Below are positions 1 through 9,640 of a stretch of DNA of 38,562 bases, one piece after another. How positions within the stretch are numbered: position 1 is the first letter of the stretch; every line of letters begins with the position of its first letter. Location of the stretch: the sequence record SRR20825006_483; one strand, written 5' to 3'. Below the pieces are notes generated by a model, which was not told the DNA's origin, did no database searches, and was given only the letters and a program-made list of their open reading frames with translations. The position numbers were made by a program, and so were the translations under genes.

Positions 1-136
1 TGGATGTTTCCGGGTGCGTCGTGGAAGGCGGCGGCATTGCCCGTCGGACGCGCGAAAGGATGGAGGAGTGCCCGACTAAGAACACGATGGTGAACAAAGC
101 GTAGTCGATGCGATATTCGTACCACGCTTGCCACAT
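1..136 (-). CDS. Partial CDS (5' end only), probable membrane protein running off the window edge
   Basis: Minus-strand ATG at 136, 3 nt after the stop of the upstream ORF, and open to base 1. Translates MWQAWYEYRIDYALFTIVFLVGHSSILSRVRR..., with a hydrophobic stretch. Not in the ORF track because it is truncated. Confidence 0.55.
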   Translation of the reverse strand, partial: MWQAWYEYRIDYALFTIVFLVGHSSILSRVRRAMPPPSTTHPETS

Positions 137-139
137 TGG

Positions 140-514
140 TCAGTTGCCCTGCGTGGGAGCGAGAGTGTGTAGCACCAGCATTCCGACTCCTGCGAAGAGT
201 GCAATCGTGTAGATCAGCACCACAATTGACCAGATGATTCGTTGCCAAGCAGAAAAATTTGGGTTTCGCCACAACAGCGGTATCCCGAAGGCACCGGTCA
301 CAAAAAACAAGACTGTCAATGTTGCCACGGGACGATTCGACCACTGGGCCGCATCGTCGTCATTGGTGCCTTTCAAGTACGCCGGTGCAACCGTTCCTGG
401 CTGAATGACGATCGAACGGTGAACACTATCGGTGACGCCATGCGTTTGTTCCGCTGACGAGTCAACGCCTTCGTTCGGCGGGGGGAGTTCCAGGTTCGCT
501 TCGGCGGAAGTCAT
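140..514 (-). CDS. Small hypothetical membrane protein (2 C-terminal TM helices)
   Basis: ORF 140..553. The start is more likely ATG 514 (MTSAEAN...), which removes the overlap with the upstream kinase-like gene. C-terminal hydrophobic hairpin TLTVLFFVTGAFGIPLLW...IIWSIVVLIYTIALFAGVGMLVL. Confidence 0.7.
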   Translation of the reverse strand: MTSAEANLELPPPNEGVDSSAEQTHGVTDSVHRSIVIQPGTVAPAYLKGTNDDDAAQWSNRPVATLTVLFFVTGAFGIPLLWRNPNFSAWQRIIWSIVVLIYTIALFAGVGMLVLHTLAPTQGN

Positions 515-527
515 CCAGACGATCTCG

Positions 528-2189
528 CTAAGGAAGTTTGTCGACGGCGGCACCGGCAGATGTTTCCGCTAATCGACTTTGTGCGGTGGCAACGAGCGGT
601 TCGACAGCCGCATTGGACCCATACAGTTCTTCGATGCTGTACCAGATCTTCCGCGCCGCGATGGTTCGCCCTTCGACGAACATACGGTCGGCTTCTTTCA
701 GCCGGTCCGTGATGATCCGGGCGGCTTCGGTTTGGTTGGTGTCCGCCTGTGAGATCTGCGCAATGCGGTTGCGGGCGAGATTGACCAATGGTTTGTATTG
801 TTCTTCGTCTCCGAGCACCGTGATCATCGATTGGTATTTGTCGACTGCGGTGGCATTGTCTCCGAACGTTTCATACCGCATGGCCTCGGCAACCAGGCGT
901 TCGGCTTCGTTCTGGAGAGGCAAGTTGCGATTCATCTTGACTGTCAAAGCATGCTCAGCCTCGACCATTCGCACGCGGTCAATTTGTTCGGCCGCCCATT
1001 CGGAGTGTTCTCCATCCGGGAATTGAGCCAACATTGGTTCCAGGTAACTGATGCGAGCTTGCGACATCGACGAGCGTGTGTCTTGTGCTAGCAACTCCTC
1101 TGCTTCGTTTCGCATCTTTGATTCGTTCATTGGCCAAGCGACCCATACCAATATGCCGATCAACAAAGCCAGGATTGGTAGCAGCACCAATGCTTGATCG
1201 TGCCACGGTGTCGCATCCGGAATCGAATCAACCTCCGCTTCGATTTCCTTTCGCCCCAGCAGCTTGCGGGCTTCTTTCCGATCCGCATCGTCCGTCACCG
1301 ACAACGGACTGAAACCACTCGAGGCATGCTCGGCGACACCACTGCGAGACATGGAACGTTTGCGGACTTCGGCTAGCTGGAGCTTGACCGCGGCAGCCGA
1401 CACCGGGCGTTGTCCGGGATCTTTGTTGAGCAACTGCATTACCAATCGATCCATCCACACGGGGCATTCCATCACGGTGGAAGCCACGGAAGTTGGCGAC
1501 TGATATTTCAGGTTGCTGGTGACTTCTTGAACGGTGGAACCAGTGATCGGCGGGGCACCTGTGAGTGCTTCGTATAGCAACGCACCGAACAGATAGAGGT
1601 CGGTGCGGGCGGTCACCGGATCGTTTGGCGTGGGGGCCTCCGGAGCCGACCGCATCATTTGGCCGATCGATGGTGGACGCGAAACGTGGTACGGACCGCT
1701 TCGAAAGGGAGGCGTTCCGTCGACGTCGCGAACATCGATCAAGACCGGACTCAGCCCAGCGATGATGACTTTGTCAGGGGTGATTCTTCCGTGAACGATG
1801 TCGCGGTCGTGCAGATACATCAACGCATCGATCAGAGGTTCCGCAAGTTCTAGAACCGATTCCCAAGGCAATCGACCTCGACGCTGGATCTCTTCGGCCA
1901 AAGTGGATCCTTCGACCAACTCATGAGCCAGGTAGGCTTCTGACTCTTCAAAGCCGCCGCCGTAGCATTTGACGATCGCTGGATGATCAAGCCGTTTGAG
2001 GCGATCCCATTCTTCCGCGAAAGCCTGTCGCGATTCTTGCGTTCCGCCAAATGGCATTTGGAAGACGCGAACGGCCACCGCTTTTCGCATTTTGATGTGC
2101 ACAGCACGCCAAACACGCGCGTCCCTCGCCGACGGATCGGGACCCAGCGGGGATTCAATGGCGAGCGGACCGAGACGACTGCGAGGCAT
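528..2189 (-). CDS. Membrane-anchored Ser/Thr kinase-fold protein with degenerate catalytic motifs (probable pseudokinase) and a helical C-terminal domain
   Basis: Hanks kinase scaffold: RLDHPAIVKCY, AHELVEGSTL, APE, TDLYLFGALLYEALTG, LLNKDPGQRP. Catalytic motifs are altered: VAVK->VAVR, HRD->HGR, DFG->DVR. One TM (ALVLLPILALLIGILVWVAW), then a TPR-like helical region. Confidence 0.85.
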   Translation of the reverse strand: MPRSRLGPLAIESPLGPDPSARDARVWRAVHIKMRKAVAVRVFQMPFGGTQESRQAFAEEWDRLKRLDHPAIVKCYGGGFEESEAYLAHELVEGSTLAEEIQRRGRLPWESVLELAEPLIDALMYLHDRDIVHGRITPDKVIIAGLSPVLIDVRDVDGTPPFRSGPYHVSRPPSIGQMMRSAPEAPTPNDPVTARTDLYLFGALLYEALTGAPPITGSTVQEVTSNLKYQSPTSVASTVMECPVWMDRLVMQLLNKDPGQRPVSAAAVKLQLAEVRKRSMSRSGVAEHASSGFSPLSVTDDADRKEARKLLGRKEIEAEVDSIPDATPWHDQALVLLPILALLIGILVWVAWPMNESKMRNEAEELLAQDTRSSMSQARISYLEPMLAQFPDGEHSEWAAEQIDRVRMVEAEHALTVKMNRNLPLQNEAERLVAEAMRYETFGDNATAVDKYQSMITVLGDEEQYKPLVNLARNRIAQISQADTNQTEAARIITDRLKEADRMFVEGRTIAARKIWYSIEELYGSNAAVEPLVATAQSRLAETSAGAAVDKLP

Positions 2190-2269
2190 GAGGCAACGAA
2201 AGAAAACGGAATGGAGAAAACACCTTCTCTATCATACCCACGTCATGGAAGATTGGGTCGGGAAGTGTG

Positions 2270-3004
2270 TCAGGCGCCCACGTTTAACCCGCCAAAGCGA
2301 CGTTGTCTGCCGGCAAACTCATCCAAAGCAGCCTGGAAGTCGTCTCGCTCGAATTCTGGCCAACATTTCGGGGTGAAGTACAGCTCGGCATAGCTGATCT
2401 GCCACAGCAGGTAGTTGCTGATTCGGATGTCTCCCCCGGTGCGAATCATCAAATCGACGTCGGGCAGTCCCGCCGTGTCGAGCGACTCGTCCACCAGCGA
2501 CTCAGTGATCTCGTCGATTGACCGCTCACCGTCCCGGACTTGCTGAGCGAGTTGCCGAGTCATTCGAGTCAGTTCGTCGCGTCCGCCATAGTCGACGGCC
2601 AGGACCAATTCCGTTCCGGTGTTGTTTTCGCTCACCGCCTGTGTTTTCGCAATTTCCTTCAGGACTTCATCGCTCAGCCGGTCGCGTCTTCCGATGAAAC
2701 GCAATCGCATGTTCTGATCGCGAATGGTTCGCCGTTCCTCGACGAGATACTGCTGAAGCAGGTGCATCAAAAAGTCGAGCTCTGCCTGCGGCCGTTTCCA
2801 ATTTTCGCTCGACAAGCAATATAACGTCAGAGCGTCGAGTTTGAGTTCGCTGGCCATTTCCGTGACCGTTCGCACCGTCGTGACGCCGCGTCGGTGGCCT
2901 TCGATGCGAGGTAAATCGCGTGCTTGGGCCCATCGGCCATTGCCGTCCATGATGATCGCGACGTGACGTGGAAGATTCATGCTGAGAAGTGGAACAGAAG
3001 TCAT
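2270..3004 (-). CDS. uppS: Undecaprenyl diphosphate synthase (cis-isoprenyl transferase)
   Basis: PRHVAIIMDGNGRWA, GHRRG, LYCLSSENWKRP, YGGRDE, DLMIRTGGDIRISNYLLWQISYAE, RRFGG. ATGA overlap with the upstream gene. Confidence 0.97.
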   Translation of the reverse strand: MTSVPLLSMNLPRHVAIIMDGNGRWAQARDLPRIEGHRRGVTTVRTVTEMASELKLDALTLYCLSSENWKRPQAELDFLMHLLQQYLVEERRTIRDQNMRLRFIGRRDRLSDEVLKEIAKTQAVSENNTGTELVLAVDYGGRDELTRMTRQLAQQVRDGERSIDEITESLVDESLDTAGLPDVDLMIRTGGDIRISNYLLWQISYAELYFTPKCWPEFERDDFQAALDEFAGRQRRFGGLNVGA

Positions 3005-4461
3005 GCGAGTTTGGAAAGGACCGTTTCAATGCACGGTTTCCAATCCCCGAGCTCGGTTTGGCGAACGATTTCAACGCTGGGGTACCAAACAGTCGTCTCC
3101 CCCGATCGGAGCCAACGCCAATCGGGAACTTTGCCCAGCAGCAGTATCGTGCGTACACCAAGGGATCCCGCCAAGTGGGCAATGGCTGTATCGGTGGTGA
3201 CCAACGCATCCAAGTTGCACAGCACTGCCGCGGTATCCACGAATTGTCCACCCGATTGGTCGATGTCGTCGGGCAACCGGTGGATCGAGCTTCCCAAATC
3301 GCTTTGCTCGAGTTGTTCGGATCCATGGCCGAATTGCAGGCTGATCGATTCTAAGTTTGGCATTTCAATCAGCGGGCGAAACGTTTCCAGCGGAACGCTG
3401 CGATACACATCGGCATGGTGTTCCGGATTGCCCTGCCAGTTGAGCCCGATCAGCTTCTTTCCGGGTTGCTTCAGCGGTTGCAGGAAGTTTGCCCAGTAGT
3501 GGACGGTTGATTCCGGAACGCTCAAGTACCCCGCCCAGTGATCCGATTCATTCCGCTGAAACAAATCGGACCCGTCGTAAAGTTTGCCATCGCGCTGATA
3601 CAAACCGTCGAGTACCTCGAGGAAAGATCCCTGGTAATCGATCTCGACACCCGCGGGCAAACTCATCAGCCCGGATTGAGCGTCGATGTCGGGGATCAAA
3701 CGTTCGATGCCCAAACCTGATGGTCCGACGGCGGAGGAAAACAGTGGGATCATCTTTGGTGGGCAGACGACCATCACGTGAGCACCATCCTGCGCGAGTG
3801 CCGCGGCGACACGCAGGAAGTGAATCGCATCGCCAAGTCCCTGTTCGGGATAGATCAAGATGGTTTTGCCAGCGAGTGGTTGGCCGGACCAAACTGGCAC
3901 ATGCCCACCCGCGGAACGCAAGTGATCCGTGATTGCGGGACGACCGACACCGGGCATTCGCCAACGCCAGCGGTATTCGTTCCAACCCCGGTCGTAGTCA
4001 CCCAGCAATAGCGAGATCACACCGAGGTTGCGGTGCAGTTCGGCGTTGTCGGGCTGGATCGCGAGGCCTTCTTCATACCATTTCAGGCCACGTTCGATCT
4101 CACCATTCCAGATCCAAAGCGTGCCACGATTCTTGATCGCGGAAAGATAGCCTGGCTGAAGCTCCAAGGCTTTGGCAAAGCTTGCCTCGGCTTGATCGAC
4201 TTGGCCGATCATTCGGAATGCGTTGCCTAGGTTGTTCCACGCGATCGGGAAGTTGGAACGCAGATCGATCGCTTTTTGGTACGAGTCCACCGCTCCGGTG
4301 AAATCTCGTTTGTCGAACTGAGCGATGCCCAGGTAGACCCAGGCATCCGCGGAGTTGGGTACCTGACGCAAAACGCCGCGATACATTTGCATCGCGGCGT
4401 CCACGTTACCCGATTGATGAACTTGCCAGCTTTGCTGCAAGATCTCGGCCAAGGTTGGCAT
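3001..4461 (-). CDS. TPR-repeat protein with C-terminal GT-B (family 9-like) glycosyltransferase domain
   Basis: About 5 N-terminal TPRs (AWVYLGIA, AWNNLGNA, LHRNLGVI). C-terminal motifs EQGLGDAIHF, WQGNP, DTAIAHLAGSLG and DWRW are typical of this TPR-GT family. Confidence 0.88.
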   Translation of the reverse strand: MPTLAEILQQSWQVHQSGNVDAAMQMYRGVLRQVPNSADAWVYLGIAQFDKRDFTGAVDSYQKAIDLRSNFPIAWNNLGNAFRMIGQVDQAEASFAKALELQPGYLSAIKNRGTLWIWNGEIERGLKWYEEGLAIQPDNAELHRNLGVISLLLGDYDRGWNEYRWRWRMPGVGRPAITDHLRSAGGHVPVWSGQPLAGKTILIYPEQGLGDAIHFLRVAAALAQDGAHVMVVCPPKMIPLFSSAVGPSGLGIERLIPDIDAQSGLMSLPAGVEIDYQGSFLEVLDGLYQRDGKLYDGSDLFQRNESDHWAGYLSVPESTVHYWANFLQPLKQPGKKLIGLNWQGNPEHHADVYRSVPLETFRPLIEMPNLESISLQFGHGSEQLEQSDLGSSIHRLPDDIDQSGGQFVDTAAVLCNLDALVTTDTAIAHLAGSLGVRTILLLGKVPDWRWLRSGETTVWYPSVEIVRQTELGDWKPCIETVLSKLA

Positions 4462-6020
4462 CAGTCCAGGAAACCAACCAAATCTTGGCTGCGGCTGGGC
4501 TGTTGCAGCTTGCGAACCGCTTTGGCTTCGATTTGGCGAATTCGTTCACGGGTCACCTTGAAGATGTGCCCGACTTCTTCCAGCGTGTAGCTGTAACCAT
4601 CGCCTAGACCGTAACGCAATTTGATGATTTCGCGTTCGCGGTAGGACAGGCTCTTCAGCACGCCAGTGATTCGTTGACGAAGCATTTCTTGCGTCGCACC
4701 AATCTGCGGGCTCTCTGCGGTGCCATCGGGCAGCAGGTCGCCGAACTGACTGTCTTCGCTGTTGCCAACGGGACGATCCAACGAGATTGGGAAACGGCTC
4801 ATTGTCAAAACACGACGTGCTTCTTCAATAGTGACGTCCGCACGACGAGCAGTTTCTTCGATCGATGGTTCGCGACCAAGTTCTTGCAACAACTGGCGAG
4901 CCACGTTGCGAACACGGCTCATGGTTTCAACCATGTGAACGGGAATCCGAATCGTGCGGCTTTGATCCGCGACGGCACGGGTGATCGCTTGGCGAATCCA
5001 CCAAGTGGCGTAGGTGCAGAACTTGAAACCACGACGGTATTCGAACTTGTCGACCGCTCGCATCAAACCGGCGTTGCCTTCTTGGATCAGGTCCAAGAAC
5101 GACAGTCCCCGGTTGCGATACTTTTTCGCAATCGAGACGACCAAACGAAGGTTCCCTTCGCTCAGCTCACGTTTGGCTTGTTGGTAATCGCTGTAAACCG
5201 ATCCCAACATCTTCACGCGATTGCGAAGCGAGGTGGGCGTTTCCTGGCAAGCGGTCAGGATCTGACGACGCTCGTGCAGCAATTGCTCACGGACTTCGCG
5301 GCCGTGCTTGGTACGTTTTTGCTGACGCACCAATTCATCGATTTCGTCGAGTCGGCGAGAGAATTTCTCCAGCAAGCCGATTCGGGTTTCGATGCGTTGT
5401 GTACGCAGACCGAGTTCTTCGACCAAACGAACCGCACGACGACGGCGACGAGCCAATGCACGCCAAGCTTCCGCGCGACGGCGGGCAGGTGCACTCTTGC
5501 TCATCGCGACTTTCCAGTCGTGACGGTTGCGGTTGAGCAACGTTTGCAGGGTTTTCAGGTTGTGTGGCAAACGACCAATGATCTGTTCTTTTTCCAAACG
5601 ATCGGTCACGCTGACCTGAACGGTTCGGTCGAACGGCAGTTGGCCGCGGTAAACCTTCTTCAACGTCTTGTAGGCTTCGACCAATACGTAGTGGTTCTCG
5701 AGCAGCTTCGTGCGGAAGCGGCGGCGAGTTTCTTCGATACGTTTGGCCAACTCGATTTCTTGACGACGTGTCAGCAAAGGGATCTCGCCCATTTGCGTCA
5801 GGTACATTCGAACAGGGTCGTCCGACCAAGTTTCCGACTCATCGAGCGCAATCAGTTCGTCCGGGCTGTCCAATTGGACTTCGCCTTCGGGCGCATCGGC
5901 AACGCTGACCGCGTTGTCGTCTTCGCTGTCGTCGACTGGTAACTTGCGGAATCCTCCTGTGACCACGTCAGTGCTTTGTGCTGAAACGTCGTCGAAATCA
6001 TCCATCATCGGATCAAACAA
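4461..6020 (-). CDS. rpoD: RNA polymerase sigma-70 factor, RpoD/SigA type
   Basis: Region 1.2 [12 protein letters not shown]; region 2 [27 protein letters not shown]...[20 protein letters not shown]; region 4 [30 protein letters not shown] start preceded by the SD AAAGGAG. Confidence 0.93.
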   Translation of the reverse strand: MFDPMMDDFDDVSAQSTDVVTGGFRKLPVDDSEDDNAVSVADAPEGEVQLDSPDELIALDESETWSDDPVRMYLTQMGEIPLLTRRQEIELAKRIEETRRRFRTKLLENHYVLVEAYKTLKKVYRGQLPFDRTVQVSVTDRLEKEQIIGRLPHNLKTLQTLLNRNRHDWKVAMSKSAPARRRAEAWRALARRRRRAVRLVEELGLRTQRIETRIGLLEKFSRRLDEIDELVRQQKRTKHGREVREQLLHERRQILTACQETPTSLRNRVKMLGSVYSDYQQAKRELSEGNLRLVVSIAKKYRNRGLSFLDLIQEGNAGLMRAVDKFEYRRGFKFCTYATWWIRQAITRAVADQSRTIRIPVHMVETMSRVRNVARQLLQELGREPSIEETARRADVTIEEARRVLTMSRFPISLDRPVGNSEDSQFGDLLPDGTAESPQIGATQEMLRQRITGVLKSLSYREREIIKLRYGLGDGYSYTLEEVGHIFKVTRERIRQIEAKAVRKLQQPSRSQDLVGFLD

Positions 6021-6461
6021 AGTAGATACTCCTTTAGGTGGCTGTCTTTTCTATGTTCGACGACCGCGATTGGTTTGGTGGGTCGTCACAAAGAACGCTG
6101 TGGCGATTCAGCGTTCGGGGCAATTCAATTGGTTTTGGAACATCCGTGTCGTTGGGCGGCGGCACTCGTATGAGCAGCTCGTCGTCGGAGTGTAGTTACG
6201 CCGAATGTGAGGTCGAGACGTAATCTGCCGCCGGGCATTGGGTCACTGGCGAAGTCGGTCAGGAGAAGTTCGAGAAGCACTTGGGTTTCGAGAAGAACAA
6301 TCAATCAATAACGAATTCGAAACGGTCCATGTGTTGGGAATGTTGCCAGTGCGAGGGACGCGGGTGCAGATCGATTGACCGACCGACGACGTCCATTGAA
6401 GAAAATTCCGACACACAGTGACTCTACCACCCGTTAACCTGCGAACCTCCGAATCAACTGC

Positions 6462-6484
6462 CAATTGGAAAAATTTTCCGATTG
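6462..6484. promoter_or_regulatory. Imperfect 11-1-11 palindrome, candidate operator in the divergent region upstream of rpoD
   Basis: CAATTGGAAAA-A-TTTTCCGATTG (one mismatch), in an ~800-bp non-coding interval. Confidence 0.35.
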
Positions 6485-6828
6485 ACCCGATATTCCATCC
6501 TGGAGGCTGAAAAGGGACGGTGGACCGTTTGTTGCGCGAACCGAATCCCATTCGGAAGCGAAGACGAACGATAGCTCGTTGTGGTTGTATCGCGACTCAT
6601 CCAGAGGATGTCCGGTCAGGCAAACGTGATTCTCGTGATCGATTGGCCAAGCAAGTTGAAGAATTTCAGATGAAACTCTGAATCAGCTTGCCGCCAAATG
6701 GCCGTTCGACGAGAGTGACGTCCTGACGGGAGCGATTGGTCGTGTGTTACCCTCAGCACACCGTGATTCTAGTTCCCAGAATGTCTCGGTCCACCCGGGC
6801 GTTGTTCTTTTGACCCGTGATTTCAGCC

Positions 6829-7374
6829 ATGTATTTGCTTCCCTGTCCGCACTGCGAAGAGTCCGCCGAGGTTAGTCCCGCCCGCGCCGGTGACCAGATC
6901 CCATGCCCTCATTGCGGCCAGAACATCCCCGTTCCAAAACTGGGTGAACTGCGTCAGCTCCCCACCGCAGAGGGCGACGCGGCGACGGAGAAGTCCAAAG
7001 CCAAGGCGGCCGAGGGTCGAGCCAACCGGCCGACAGTGCTGTTCACGGCACTCGGTTTGCTGGCAGCCGGCCTGTTTCTCGCGGCCGCGTTTTGTGTCGT
7101 GAATTGGGCCACTATCAGCGTTCCACTGACCACCGAAGGGCACATCGATGAGTTCCGTCAGGCCTACAAAGAGGTCAGCTCAGCTCAAATGATTCGGGAA
7201 TGGGAAGAAATCAATCGCAACGGAGTCGACCTTCCGGCGATGTATCAGTACCGCGTCATGGAGCTCGACAAACAGGCTTGGCTGACGAACGCCGGGCTGT
7301 TTTCCGGAGCTGGTTTGCTGGCTGTCATCGGGGCGTTTTTTGTCGGTCGATCCGGTCGGGCAAGCGAGGTGTGA
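6829..7374 (+). CDS. Hypothetical membrane protein with N-terminal zinc ribbon
   Basis: CPHC-x17-CPHC, then two TM segments flanking a soluble loop. The ORF track starts at GTG 6817; ATG 6829 is preferred. Confidence 0.8.
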   Translation: MYLLPCPHCEESAEVSPARAGDQIPCPHCGQNIPVPKLGELRQLPTAEGDAATEKSKAKAAEGRANRPTVLFTALGLLAAGLFLAAAFCVVNWATISVPLTTEGHIDEFRQAYKEVSSAQMIREWEEINRNGVDLPAMYQYRVMELDKQAWLTNAGLFSGAGLLAVIGAFFVGRSGRASEV

Positions 7375-7476
7375 ACCCGCTCACAATCCAGAAAAAAAAT
7401 CTGGACCGATACATTTCAACACCGTTCGGTTGAGGGACACTTGGTTGGCGTCCTCTTCGGGGGCGTCTGTCTGTGC

Positions 7477-8304
7477 TCAACCCTTGTTCTGCAGCACGTA
7501 AACAACGTCTTCGGTTGACGCATCGACGGTGATGGGATCATCCATGTCATACGCAAAGTCGTACGTTGCCAAGCATTCCCATTGGTCGTCCGCCGCGATC
7601 AACCGATTCATCTGTGCCGGTGTGTAACTTCGCAAGTGAAGTTCATCGTTGATGCGGAAACTTCGACTCGGGGTGTGCACGTCAAAGCGAATTCCGAAAC
7701 GCTCCATTCGTTTCTTCTTGTCGCGGTTGATCGTCCACATGTGTGTGTTGATCGCCAAGTTGCCGCGACGCGCCGACCATGATTCCGTTTCGCTGGGTGG
7801 AACCTTTGTGGGTGTCAGGTGCACACCGAGTAAGTAGATCCCGCCGCGACGAACCATCGATGCCATACTGCGTAGATGCCCGCGAGCGGCGGCTTCGGAG
7901 TTCACGTGCCGAAAACTGTTGATCGTGTTGAACGCGACGCAGGCTGGCCCTTCCGCTTTGGACGTTTTGGCTTTGCCGAGTGCGGATCGAAAATCAGCGG
8001 GTGAGAAGTCGCACATGTCCGCGACGATCGCGGTTCGTTTGAATCCACCTCGTTCCAAACGCTGATTGCAGAACTTGACGGCTTTTTCGTTCAGGTCCAA
8101 TCCACAGGTCGCATGTCCTTTGCGGTTCAGCGAAGCCATCAAGCGTCCTGTCCCACACGCAGGCTCGAAGAACAACTTCGGTTTGCGGGTTAGAAAACTG
8201 TCAGCGCAGTCCAAGATGAACTGCGTCTCCGCGGCGATGTCAGCTCCAAAGACCAAGTCGTAGTACTTGGGATGGTCGTAGATTGATTCTTCGAGGACTT
8301 CCAT
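7477..8304 (-). CDS. Class I SAM-dependent methyltransferase
   Basis: Motif I FFEPACGTGR, motif II CGLDLN, and ADMCDF. Confidence 0.9.
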   Translation of the reverse strand: MEVLEESIYDHPKYYDLVFGADIAAETQFILDCADSFLTRKPKLFFEPACGTGRLMASLNRKGHATCGLDLNEKAVKFCNQRLERGGFKRTAIVADMCDFSPADFRSALGKAKTSKAEGPACVAFNTINSFRHVNSEAAARGHLRSMASMVRRGGIYLLGVHLTPTKVPPSETESWSARRGNLAINTHMWTINRDKKKRMERFGIRFDVHTPSRSFRINDELHLRSYTPAQMNRLIAADDQWECLATYDFAYDMDDPITVDASTEDVVYVLQNKG

Positions 8305-8325
8305 GGATTCAGTTTCTTTCAGTTC

Positions 8326-8880
8326 CTAGCGAACAGATTCCAGGCCGAGCCCGCGTCGCAGCATTCCAATCTGGCCCGCATGCAAACCTTCGTGAATCGG
8401 GCAAAACAAAACCGCGCCCAACTTGCAGGGGTACACCGCGTACGGCATGTCGATCTCGACCAACAACTCAGCAGGATCCAGTTCGTCCAGTTCCGCCGAC
8501 GCGAGAGCATGGATGCGATTGAGTTTGTCGAGCAACTCTTGCGCGGTTGGTTGACCTTCGCTGGATTCGGGCGGCTTGCCGCCGCGGCCATAGGTCTTGC
8601 GAAACCGACCTTTTATCAAATCCAAATCCTCGGGACGACGGCCCCGCATCCGGAACATCAGTAAACCGTACTGGCTGACGGCCAAGTGTCCGACTTGCCA
8701 AGCCACATGGGATACGCCACCGGGTGGAATCTCGAACCAGCGATCCATCGGAGTCGCTCGAAGCAGTTCCAGTGTGTACTGACGGGCGAATTCAATTTGA
8801 CCACGTGCGGCTTCGAACATCCGAATCGCGTCGGACAGCTCTGGCAATGGCTTGTCGGAAGAGGGAGGTGTTTGGCTCAT
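8326..8880 (-). CDS. DinB/YfiT-family protein
   Basis: HVAWQVGHLA...HEGLHAGQI His triad of the DinB four-helix fold. Confidence 0.85.
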   Translation of the reverse strand: MSQTPPSSDKPLPELSDAIRMFEAARGQIEFARQYTLELLRATPMDRWFEIPPGGVSHVAWQVGHLAVSQYGLLMFRMRGRRPEDLDLIKGRFRKTYGRGGKPPESSEGQPTAQELLDKLNRIHALASAELDELDPAELLVEIDMPYAVYPCKLGAVLFCPIHEGLHAGQIGMLRRGLGLESVR

Positions 8881-9008
8881 CGCCGAACTTTAGCCCGGTC
8901 GTGCGGCTCTGTCACCCAGCGTCTAAAGCTCACCATCATTCAGATTTGCCGACCCGGGCAAACCATTTCGATACGGCGGTGCCCGATACTACGTTTCACG
9001 ATCGTCGT

Positions 9009-9500
9009 TCAGTGGATCGAACAACTACCTGAGTCGCACGATTTGCCCGCCAGCCGATACCGACGTTTGGCGACCTCGTGATACAGCCGACGCCACAATT
9101 TTGCCGTCCCCGGAAGATGCAAGATCGGAGCAGCAAACCACAGCATCGGTAACCGCCGCGAAAGGTAGCGAACCGCATCGGCACCGCCGTGACGTTGGCC
9201 TTGCTGATCAATCACGTACATCTGTTCCATCAGCTGCTCTCGCGTCAGATCGGGATAACGGGTCGACACTCGATCGTCATGGAGCGACAAAAACGCCAGC
9301 TTCTTTCCGCCCCAATCCAGACGCCGAAGGTTCTGGACGCCCGCTTTGCAAAAATTGCAGTGGCCATCGTAAATCACCACATCGCACGTCGAGCACTGGT
9401 CAGGATCCGGCAAATCGCCAGATCCGCGTGTCGTTTGCGAAGGAGCGGGCAATGGCTCTGCGGCCGTTTTCGCGTCGGTAATGGGTTGGGTTTGAGACAT
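9009..9500 (-). CDS. DCC-family (DUF393) thiol-disulfide oxidoreductase
   Basis: VVIYDGHCNFC (DxxCxxC) and C-terminal LYHEVAKRRYRL. Confidence 0.88.
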   Translation of the reverse strand: MSQTQPITDAKTAAEPLPAPSQTTRGSGDLPDPDQCSTCDVVIYDGHCNFCKAGVQNLRRLDWGGKKLAFLSLHDDRVSTRYPDLTREQLMEQMYVIDQQGQRHGGADAVRYLSRRLPMLWFAAPILHLPGTAKLWRRLYHEVAKRRYRLAGKSCDSGSCSIH

Positions 9501-9640
9501 GTATGGAAGTGTACGTCACTGGCGAACCCGCCGGATAGGATTCTCGTTCAACGGCGAATTTGAGGAACGGCACGGACTCCGCCGCACAGATTCTGCTGTC
9601 GGGAGCCAGATTCGGCGTGCGGGAAAAGCGTTCGCCGCGC

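Noticed and set aside
4674-5942. 422-aa + strand ORF
   Set aside because: Lies entirely antisense to rpoD with no recognisable motifs; a typical shadow ORF from codon bias.
6243-6551. 102-aa ORF in the rpoD upstream gap
   Set aside because: No SD, no motifs and atypical composition; cannot be supported as coding.
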